DNA of 63,864 bases, counting the filler, from Ministeria vibrans ATCC 50519 (lineage: Eukaryota; Protista; Filasterea), in the NCBI GenBank assembly GCA_943704425.1. It is 9 parts of 9 records of this genome, joined end to end, with 100 filler letters (N's around TTAATTAATTAA, not from the genome) between each part and the next. Parts side by side here need not be neighbours in the genome. Positions count along the whole stretch, not along the records: positions 1 to 30,805 come from CALSCP010001933.1; 8 more parts are not named here. One strand, given 5' to 3'. Under the pieces are notes generated by a model that was not told the origin of the DNA, ran no database searches, and worked only from the letters and a program-made list of their open reading frames with translations. Of this stretch, positions 1-9,900 are shown piece by piece (the first letter of the stretch is position 1; every line of letters begins with the position of its first letter). The translations under genes were made by a program, and so were the position numbers.

Positions 1-37
1 TTTTTTTTATACGTCAACTGATTTCTCTGCCGCTCAG

Positions 38-1382
38 CCAAGAAGCGTTTATGGAGAATTACTTTGCCAGTCAGCGTGATCACATCTTCCGCAACGTCGA
101 GGTAGGTTTGGGAACGGTGTGCCATCAGCCCTGTCACGCTCACGCTCTCTCTCTCTCTCTCTCTCTACTTGTGTCGCAGGTTCTCATTTATGTCTTTGAC
201 ATTGAATCACGCGAACTTGAAAAGGATATGCACTACTACCAGTCGTGTCTCGAGGCAATTCTTCAAAATAGCAAGGACGCCAAGATCTTCTGCCTCTTGC
301 ACAAGATGGATTTGGTCCAGGAGGATCAGCGTGATCTGGTACACCGAGTAATGTTTCGACGCTGCCACACTGACAGTTTCCGTGTGACAGATATTCGCTG
401 AAAGAGAAGCGGAACTGAAGTGCCGGTCTCTGCCGCTGAACATTACCTGCTTCAAGACGAGCATCTGGGACGAGACGCTCTACAAGGCCTGGAGCGCCAT
501 AGTCTACTCTCTCATTCCGTACGACACTATTAATTTTTATTTTTTCTTGCTAGTATTGGTTGTGTTTTGGTCTCTCATTGAGTTATCTACGTGCTTACTT
601 GTTTTCTGTTCAGCAATGTGCAACAACTCGAGCTCCATCTTAAGACCTTTGCGGAAATTCTCGAAGCAGACGAGGTAAGGACCAAATCTTCAAAGTCAGT
701 CAGTGCATCAATCACGAGTCACCTTCTCTCTCCCTCACAGGTTGTTCTGTTTGAACGAGCGACCTTTCTGGTCATTTCGTCGGCGACTCGTCAGCCACAT
801 TTGGACATTCATCGCTTTGAAAAGATTTCAAACATTATCAAACAGTTCAAACTCAGTTGCAGGTTCGAATCGGTGTCCAACCTTTCTTTTGTTGTCTGCC
901 TTTTTAAACCCACCCGTTATGTTTGTGGTGTGTAGCAAATCACAAGCACAGTTCCAATCAATGGAGATCCGCAATGCAAACTTTGCAGCGTTTATTGAAG
1001 GATTCACACTGAACACTTATGTGCTGGTTGTGCTGTCAGACCCAAAACTCCGTAAGCACTCACAAATTGTTTGATCACTCACTCAACTCTCAATCGATTG
1101 ATTATCATTCAATCGATTGAATGATAATCAGTCGATTGTTTTGTCATTTAATCGATTCTTTTATCTCTCAATCGATTGTTTTATCATTCAATCGATTGTT
1201 TTATCATTCCATTGATTGTTTTATCATTCAATTGGTTGTTTTGCACTCACCACACTCTTTCATTTTATCTCAATTAAACTTTTTGATCGCTCGCACTCAC
1301 TGGTCTCTCTGTTTTAGCGAGTGCTGCAACTCTGATGAACATTAGAGCAGCACGAAAGTCCTTTGAGGGGATGGAAGCATAA
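38..1382 (+). CDS. RRAGA: Rag GTPase A/B (Gtr1/RagA), 5'-truncated, about 7 exons visible
   Basis: Spliced translation gives [74 protein letters not shown] and [21 protein letters not shown], all matching RagA/Gtr1 motifs. Introns are GT-AG. Stop TAA at 1380-1382. Confidence 0.95.
1088..1245. repeat. Degenerate ~20-nt minisatellite (TCAATCGATTGTTTTATCAT-like) in the last RagA intron
   Basis: About 7-8 imperfect copies, each centred on the palindrome CAATCGATTG. Confidence 0.8.
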
Positions 1383-1490
1383 CCACCAGAATAGAAGAAT
1401 ACACAACAAAAGACATACTTTTTCTCACAGACACAAAAACAAGATTGACTGCGATAAATAGAAAATGAGTTACGATGGGGAGTTGTTCCC

Positions 1491-3290
1491 TTAGTGATGT
1501 ACATTAAGAATGGCGGCAAGAGCCGGAAGAGGCAAGGCATCCGTCGGGGTGCGGGCCATGTCGAGCAGCGTCTGGCGGTAAGTCGCAATGTCCGCCAGCG
1601 CCAGTGTGCGGTGGTTGCTGCCTCGCTGGGCCGACAGCAGGTCTCGCACGAATGCAGTAAGGTCGGCCCCCGACAGTGCGCCGCGCTGGTCCAGATCGTA
1701 GTGCTCCGCAATGCGTCCAAACTCGGCGGGTGTCAAGCCTGGCTTGCCGCTCAGGTGCGTCTCGAGAAAGTTGGGCTCCAGCGGAAGCAGACGGGCGAGA
1801 CGCGACAGCGAGAGCACACCACTGCCCGCGACATCGCCGGTGTTCGGCTGGTCGTCATTGGGTGAGGTACCCACAGACTGCACCAAACGCAGCAGTACTG
1901 GCACGTGCACTCGCTGCTTAGTAGCCCCCTCAAACATCTCGTTGAAGAGGTGGCGCAGCGAGTGTGTGTCCGACGTGGCGATTTCGCCGTCGTGATCAGT
2001 GTCGGCCGACATAAAGGCACGCACAAAGCGCACCGAGTGCACCTGCGGCTCAGTCAGGGCGCGCCGCACGTCTTCTTCAAGCATCAGCACTTTTGCCATG
2101 TGTGCAAGCGACAGCCACTGCTTGCGCGGGTCAGGCACATGGTCTGCCGTGCCGGTGCGCCCGAAAAGCGATAGCAGCGCAGTGCGGTGCGCAACCACAT
2201 CCGTCTGCTCCACTTCGGTGCGCCCTTCGTAGAGCAGCAAGTCACGCAGTAAGGCAAGTAGTGCATTCCCTCCGACCGCCCCCAGGTTGCGTGAGTCGTA
2301 GTAGGCCCACACCTGGCCCAGCAGCTCGGCGGACAGGCGCGTGCCCTGCGCCACCTGCGACAGAGGCCCCCCCGCGCCCGCCTCGGCCCACCGTGCTTTG
2401 CGCTTGGGCGGTGTTGTCGGTACTTCCGCCAGGTACTCGGTTTTTAGCAGCTGTTGCGGCGCTGCGAATCGCACATGTTTCTTTTTGGTGAGAGGTGCAT
2501 CGGTGGCGCGGGCACTCAGCGATCGCTGTTTCGACGACGTGGGCGAGCCGGTGCCGGTGCCTTGTGGCGGTGCCAGAGAGGCAGGTGTGGGCTGTGGTTG
2601 CATGGTGGAGGAGGAGGAGGAGGAAGTACGAGCGTGATGCTTCATGGCGGACGACGAAGGCGCTCGTGGTGAGGGGGATGGTGAAGGAGAGCCGCCGGGC
2701 ACAACAGGCCGCGCGTGCATAGAGCGTTCAGTGCCCGGCGACGAAGCCAAGTCGCTACTGGCGCGCGGGCGTGACGATCGGGGCGGTCGCAGGGATTGGG
2801 GCCGTGACGCCTGACGCGTGGTGGGTGCATCCTGGCGCGGGGAAGGGGCGCGAGCGGCGGACGACGCAACGGAGGGCATCGACGACTGCGGGCGCTGCTG
2901 CTTCTTGGGTTTGCGGTTGGTGCTGGAGCCACCGCTGGCGCTCGAGGACGTCGACGCGCCACGTTCGCGTCTCCCTGCCACCGTGGGCGACGGCGACCGG
3001 CGGTGCGGGAGAAGGTGCTCTGCGTCAACGGGAAGTCGCACAACAATTTTGTCGTCGAGCGATGCAGTGCGATTCCGCACATCCGTCACAGACACCGCCA
3101 CTTGCGCGGGATGCTGCATCTGCGCGGCCACATAGCGGCCATACTCGTCTGGGGAGTCGACCACCTGAGCCCCGCGACCGCTCACCGGCGCAAACGACTG
3201 CTGGCTCTCCTGCAAGTTTGGCGTCGCTTCATTCAGCAGCGGCTCGTACAGGCCGGACTCCCCGGCAGGGCGTCCAAAGCATGTGCCCAT
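1491..3290 (-). CDS. Multi-EF-hand protein, calbindin/calretinin/secretagogin-like, with a long Ser/Pro/Arg-rich N-terminus and an MGxC lipidation motif
   Basis: Single 599-aa ORF. C-terminal half has VWAYYDSRNLGAV, FMSADTDHDGEI, LSLSRLARLLPLEPNFL (cf. the calbindin/secretagogin ARLL...ENFL linker) and HYDLDQRGALSGADLTAFVRDLL. Starts MGTC. Confidence 0.75.
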   Translation of the reverse strand: MGTCFGRPAGESGLYEPLLNEATPNLQESQQSFAPVSGRGAQVVDSPDEYGRYVAAQMQHPAQVAVSVTDVRNRTASLDDKIVVRLPVDAEHLLPHRRSPSPTVAGRRERGASTSSSASGGSSTNRKPKKQQRPQSSMPSVASSAARAPSPRQDAPTTRQASRPQSLRPPRSSRPRASSDLASSPGTERSMHARPVVPGGSPSPSPSPRAPSSSAMKHHARTSSSSSSTMQPQPTPASLAPPQGTGTGSPTSSKQRSLSARATDAPLTKKKHVRFAAPQQLLKTEYLAEVPTTPPKRKARWAEAGAGGPLSQVAQGTRLSAELLGQVWAYYDSRNLGAVGGNALLALLRDLLLYEGRTEVEQTDVVAHRTALLSLFGRTGTADHVPDPRKQWLSLAHMAKVLMLEEDVRRALTEPQVHSVRFVRAFMSADTDHDGEIATSDTHSLRHLFNEMFEGATKQRVHVPVLLRLVQSVGTSPNDDQPNTGDVAGSGVLSLSRLARLLPLEPNFLETHLSGKPGLTPAEFGRIAEHYDLDQRGALSGADLTAFVRDLLSAQRGSNHRTLALADIATYRQTLLDMARTPTDALPLPALAAILNVHH

Positions 3291-3464
3291 ATATTAGGGA
3301 GGTGGGTAAAATCAATTGAGTTGTTCGATAACCAATTCAAGAAGAGATCTGAGAATTGAGAACGAATGAACTTTTAAATTTCGGATTTCTCTCTTGTGAG
3401 TTCACTTTACTTTTTTTTTCTCGCTCTGTGTTTGACTTTTATTATCAATCATCCGTCTCCCTTG

Positions 3465-3902
3465 ATGACGACTCGAAGAGGGTTTGTCATGTACGTGTTC
3501 CCCGACCGTCACGCCGAGTACAAGAAGCGCCACGAGTACGAGAGAAGAAGGAAAACGGAAAGAGTCAGTGTTTGTTGTTGATCAATGTATATCATCCACT
3601 CCACAGCGAAATCTGGCCGGACATGACGGCGGCTTTGACGGCCGCTGGCTTTCGGAATTACAGCATCTTTCTGAACGAGGCGACAAGGTGGGCTGTTTTG
3701 TAGGAGCAGCGGAGTGATCTGACGACTGTTGTGCAGTCAGCTGTTTGGGTACTATGAGTGTGACAGCACGGCACACACAGACACGATCAGTGCAACGGCG
3801 GTGTGCCAGAGATGGTTTGCCCACATGGCAGATGTGATGGAGACCAATGCCGACGGAACGCCTCGCTCGACGGAACTTCGCAGTGTATTCTTCCATCAAT
3901 AG
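3465..3902 (+). CDS. rhaM: L-rhamnose mutarotase, 3 exons
   Basis: Removing two GT-AG introns gives MTTRRGFVMYVFPDRHAEYKKRHDEIWPDMTAALTAAGFRNYSIFLNEATSQLFGYYEC...VCQRWFAHMADVMETNADGTPRSTELRSVFFHQ*, which carries the RhaM motifs EYxxRH-xIWP, NYSIFL and CQRW. Confidence 0.92.
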
Positions 3903-4003
3903 CAGAACGAGTTGTGTGTATTGGGCCATCGCTCTCTCCCTCTCCCTCTCTCTTAAGAACGCTTGCAAATAATAATTATCATCATTAGTATTATTAGAAT
4001 CGT

Positions 4004-4512
4004 TTACAGCTTGGAGGGGCAGACGTCGGCGGCATCGAGCGAAGCAATCCACGATAGAAGCGCACCACACAGCTCCTGAGGCTGCTCCATCTGCACCCAA
4101 TGGCCCGTGTGCTCAATGTGTGCGCGCGTCAGTTGTGGACAGTACCGCTCCATATCCTTTGCAGCAGCCGGCGGCAACACTGTATCTCGTCCGGCCGTCA
4201 CCATGAGAGTGGGCACAGTGAGCTGGTCACTCGCATTGCGGATTTTGCGCAAAAATTGCCAGTTTCGCGTCACGTTGCGATAGTAACGAGCGGCGCCAAG
4301 GAAGCCGGACTGGCGAAAAAGGCGCTCGTACTCATCGAGGGCAGTGCAATCGAGCCCACCATCGGACAAAATGCGAGGCACAGAGGGCTCTGCAGGGAAG
4401 CCCACGAGAAACCCACCGCGTGCGCGCACGTTGCCCGTCGACACATCGCCCTCCGTGGGCAACTAAAAGAAAGAGGAGAGGAAAAGAGACAAAGTGTTAA
4501 AGAGAGAGTATA

Positions 4513-4555
<43 letters not shown>

Positions 4556-6101
4556 GTGGGTGCGTGCGTGTGTGTGAGAGAGGGTCGAGTGAGTCCACCG
4601 CGTGTCTGTAAGTCATTCTGAGTGTGGCGTACGGATTCATCGTAGCCACGGAGCATCACTGAGAGAGTGCGGCGAACGTTGGCTTGAAGTTCGTGGACAC
4701 TGGCATCGTCCATCAGATAGAGTTGGTAGTCGAAGCGGCCAGGTCGTGCGTGCATGCGGGGGAGAGGATCGGATGTTGGTGCAGGTAGGAAAGGCGTGCA
4801 AATGGACGCAACGCCTGCCACACGCGACGGACACGCCTGCGCCATTGCCAATACCGACGCACCGCCCCAGTCGTGTCCAATAAACGTCTGCGCAATAATA
4901 TTCGCGATTAATATGAACTTTCCACACATGAGAGGTCATACTGCGCGAGGAACGCCAATGGCATTGAGGAGCGCCCGGAAATCATCCACAATGCGCTCTA
5001 GAGCGCACGACGCATCGCCGTCTCTATCACCCAGCGCCGCACTCGCACCATACCCAGCCATGTCCACTGCAATCACTCGATGGCCCGCAAGTGCACTGTG
5101 ACCAACACAAAGTCAGTCGGTCAGCTTCAGTCCAGCAGCCTGTGAGTCTCATTATAATGATTCTTTCACTCTCTCACTCTCGTTGCGTACAGTGCCGGCA
5201 TCACATGTCTCCATGTCAAATGGGTGTCAGGAAAGCCGTGTGCAAGAATCTACAATGAATCTCAGGAGAATAACGTTTAAAAGCAAGCATGCACGCAACT
5301 TACAATCGTGCGAGGACCCGAGCCCAACTCGGCATAGTGCAGCCGCCCGCCGTGTACCGGCACGCTTGAGTATTGGACATCGCTGGGGCGTATGGGCGGT
5401 GGATACACACCCATGAAGGTGCCCGGGGTGGCGCGAGGCAGAGGCGCAAGCGTAGCAGGTATGTTGAGACGCTGCAGGAGTTCAACGCTCGACTGTGCCG
5501 GCGACTTGACATGCATCGCTTGCAGACCTGCCGCCTCAGCACCCCGTACATTGTGCAGGAGATCGTCCAAGAAGAGTGTTTCGGCGGGTGCCGTGCCAAG
5601 ACGGGTGCAGGCCACCTCGAAAATGGTCGAGTCTGGCTTGCGCACTCCGACCCGACACGACTCCACAACTTCATCAAAGAACAACGCAAGGCCGCTCATA
5701 AAGCGACTCTCGTCCGCGCGACGCTCCACATACACGTCGTCAATCCAGTTGTTCGTCAGGACGCCCGTGCGGAAGCCGGCAAGGCGCAGTGCCCGCGCAG
5801 CCGCAAACATCTCCGGCACCGGCTCCACAAGCGTCATTTCGCGCCACAATTGCTGCACGTCCACCCGCTGCGCCCGCTCCCCAATCCGCTCGTCCACCTC
5901 CTGTTGAAAGTCGCGCAAAAACCGCGACATGACGACCTCGCCGCGCTCCAGACGGGCAAACGAACCGTCATCGCCACTGTCGCGAATCAAGCGCGCGAAA
6001 AACAGGTCGGGAAGGCCCAACGTTCGCTCGTAGCGCCGCAGCGTCTTCACTGGCGACGACACAAGCACTCCTCCAATGTCAAACAGCACCGATCGAATCA
6101 T
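4004..6101 (-). CDS. EPHX2: Bifunctional soluble epoxide hydrolase-like protein (N-terminal HAD domain plus alpha/beta hydrolase), 5 exons, C-terminal PTS1
   Basis: Exon 1 has FDIGGVL, LTNNW, ESCRVGVRKPD and FLDD (HAD). Spliced downstream exons give ILAHGFPD, RVIAVDMAGYG, FIGHDWGG, YYRN, GRDTVL and GHWVQMEQP. Protein ends SKL*. Confidence 0.88.
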
Positions 6102-6261
6102 AAGTAAGTGGAAGAAAATTGTGAAATGTAATAATTATGATCTAAGTTTGTGGGTTAAGGGTTTGTTTAGAATTTGTTTATCATTAAAAATAAAAAATAA
6201 TTTAGATTCTGCGCCAAACAGACGTCAGACAGAGGTTAATGTCTCAGCAGTACTACTACTA

Positions 6262-6851
6262 CTAGTCACATGGTAAATTCAACCAACAACAGAGGGTCGT
6301 GAGTGGGTCATTCGTATATCGTACTTTCACAGACAGTCCAATGCCCTTCAACTTTCCGTCTTGGTCCACCTTCACCGATTGGCCTCCAATGGCCCTCACC
6401 AGTGTCACCCCACTTGTCCGACTAGAGACGTATTCAATAGTCAACCGTCCAATTCCGGTGGGGCGCCCTCTGTCGTCGTAAGTAACGGGACTTTGATTGA
6501 CAGACGCAAGACGACTGCGCTGATCATGTCCAAATGGTTGCCAGGTCAACGGTAAGCCGCCAACAGCACGCGCCTCTTCACTGGCGCCTTCCTGGTAGTC
6601 CACTCGATGTGGCCCTGTACATGCACAGACAATGTGAGTAGTGTGCCAACCCCCCCCCAATAGATTGAAATGTGAAATGCAATACCTATAAACTCGACGC
6701 GTTGTCCTTCCTCAGCGCTCCTTCGAAAGAAATGGTAGCCAACGCGACGCACAAGCGCACGATCGTCTGAAACATCCACGTGGAATAGTCTTTCTCCGGT
6801 CTGCGATACGATCAGCAGCACTGCGAGAGAACGCTGTAAGTCCGCATCCAT
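6262..6851 (-). CDS. Hypothetical protein of about 170 aa, 2 exons
   Basis: ORFs 6546-6854 and 6262-6660 join in frame across a GTATTG...GTACAG intron. The product has repeated R-x-x-x-IG/VG beta motifs. The region lies between AT-rich intergenic linkers. Confidence 0.6.
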
Positions 6852-6952
6852 CAATCAAAGAAAAAGTGAATATATTTGTGTCGCACTTTCAGTAAGATCA
6901 TACTGCATTCAGAATTAAAAATAATAACTAATAGATTAAATTGTAAGTCTGG

Positions 6953-9900
6953 TCACATGACAACGGAAACAAAGGCCCCAGGAAACCTCGCGCGCAACAC
7001 GGACTGTTGGCGCGGCGGACCGTCGTCACCCGTGGCTCTACAAAAAGAAGACAAACATCCCGTTACCAAACCAAAAAAAAAAAACAACAATACAAACAAA
7101 ACTTCATCTCCGTACTCGGCAGCAACCACACGCACACGCGACAATCGACGAGTGCCGGCCATCACACGCGACAGGCCATCAACCACATTGGGCGTCGCAC
7201 TCTCCGACATGTAATCTCCAGCGTACTGGAGATCGTCGTCGAGGCAATCGCAGTGCAGCACAAGTCGCTCTAATCGTGTCCAGGAGCGCAAAAGACTGCT
7301 CCAGCCGCGCTGGCCCTTGCGCTTTAGTCGTCCTTCCACAAGTAGTCCGTACGGCAACGTTGCCTCACGCACCTGTGCGCACCCTTGCGTCAGCACCTCC
7401 AGCACCGGCGTTCCGTCCGACGCGTCGTCGTCCATTCCATGCCACACAGCGCTCAAGTGAAGAACCGCCACATTCGTGCAGTGTCGCCCAATCGCTAAAA
7501 GACCCTCACGACCCACACTAAAACCACATCCAAGTTCTCGAAGCTGTCCACCCACACACGTTCCTTCGCCCAACAGTGCACAGAGCCCGTCGGCGTCAAA
7601 GCGCGCGCCCCCATCACGCAACACCCGAAGACACACACATCGTTCGCCTACAAGTCGCATCATGGCCGCACTCAGCGCATGCTGTGGTCCTGTCTGTGCA
7701 TGCGCAAACGACAGCTCCTCAATCACACCGCACACACGCTCCAGCAGACAAGTCAGCCCAATTTCCGTTACGCGAGAAGGCACACAGAACACACGCAGTG
7801 TGTCGCCGCAGTGACGCGCAACACTCGTTGCAAACGCATCAGTGAGCTGTTCAATGGGGCACACTAGCTCTTCAAGCGACCCCATGCGCTCCACAAAGGC
7901 AACCACCACTGCGTCAGTCAGCGCCGCGTCCCACTGCTGCGATGCGTCCGGCAACAACAGCGCACGCACAGTCGTGGGCAAAGACGTAAACAGAGCCGGT
8001 CCAATGACACTTGAGCTGACTCCATCACGTAAATCAACACGCACCAGACCCGCCAGGTCAAATGTGTTTAGCAACGCTTGCAGCTGTGCGGTGCTACCGC
8101 GTCCTCCACGACCATAGCCAAAGGCATCGCGGCCCATGCGCGGGACCGTCACCTCCCGCACCTGACTCTCATTGGCCGACAGTGCCTTTCGCAAATCGGT
8201 CGGTCGCACTCCCGCGTACGTCGCACTCGCGTGACTCTGCACAAAACGCATCACGTGCACTTGCTTCGCCAGTGCCACCAACGACGCACCCGTTTGTTGC
8301 TTCGATGGCCCAAAAGACACTTCTCGCAGTTGAGTCCAGCCACGAAGACGAGCGCACAGTCCGTTGACATTGACACGATCACGATACAAACACGCCTCCA
8401 TAGCACGCCCATAGCCCTCCTCGTCGTTGTCCTCATACTCGTCCTCGTACAGACCCTCATCATCGCCATCGTCACTACCACCATGACGACCACCGCGCAT
8501 CAGGACCTCGGCCATCATTTCGTTCTCAAACAACTCATCAAATTCCTCCTCGTCGTCCTCTTCGTCCTCCGCATATTCCTCCTCCTCCTCTGCTTCTTCC
8601 TCCTCCTCAGTCGCATTCCATTCTTTCTCCCTCTCCTCATCATTCGCAGGCGCGTTCCCTTCTCGTGCTCCCTCGTTCCACTGGTCTGCCTCCGGGAAGT
8701 GAAATACCTCAACCGCAGGACACGCACGCACCAGTTCACCCATCGCGTGCTCGGCTCTCTCAAGCAACACTTGCGACGTGCACGCTGCAAGGGAGAGCAC
8801 ACGCAGCGTCTCGCCGGCACACACGCGAGAAATTGTCCCAAACACATCGCTTGTCACCCATTTCCCGCCCAGATACAGCTCTTCAATAGGCCCCGCACAC
8901 TGTTCAATGGTGCGCACAACGCGTCGCATTGACGCATGACGAAGAAACGGTCGAAAATCTAGCACCCCACCGTCATACGTAGCATACTCCTCTTCTTCTT
9001 CCTCCTCTTCCGCCGGCTCCACCTTCATGTCCATCGGCGCGGAACCATCACTCGGACCAAGATGCGGCACATCCTCCACGCGCTCAAGGGTCACTCGAAA
9101 GACATCACGAAAAACCATCTAAAAGAATATAATTATCCTTGTGGCTCATTCATTGTATTATTATTTTCTTACCTCTTGGTTTTCGGGTGCCATTCCACCC
9201 ACAAAGCACCACTCTTGCAGCCCGCCAAGGCGCGTTACAGTCGCTCCAATGCGCCCACGCACACTAAGCGGATCTCCATCACTTGTACGACACGGCGCGA
9301 ACGCCCACTTGTATGTCTTTGTCGGCAGCATCAGCTCAAGCACAATACACTCACTCATTGCAGTGGGACGTAGCAAGACATTGTCGGCAGCGAGAATCGC
9401 GCCACCCACAATAGCCAGACGTACCCGTTCTGCCGTGTGCTCAAGCACAATTGCGTTGCCTCGATGATACCCCATAGGCAGTGGAGGACATCCAACCACG
9501 ACGGTGTATTCGTCGCAACGGCCCGGTACCGAATCCTCGTCGGTCATGCCATCGCCAAGGTGAACGGCAAACACGCGTGGCGTCAAGCGAGTTCGCTTCC
9601 CTTGCGCCCCCAAGCTCACACCCACCACAAAGACCGCCATGGACAGGCCGTCAACCGCAGCGGAAGTCGGCACGTCCCACACAAAGGGAAGAGTCACCTG
9701 CGACACGCCACGCCACACTGCATGCTCCTTATCGTCAAGACACAGCGCTGCCAGCCGGTCTCCAGTCGAAACAAGCACACGCGCACCAAGACTTACGCAA
9801 GCACGTCCTTGCGACGACCAGCTCACATCAACGGCGGGACACGATTCGGCCGTGCGCAAGGGGACTGAACGCCACACACCCGTTTCAGTCGCGAGAGCAC

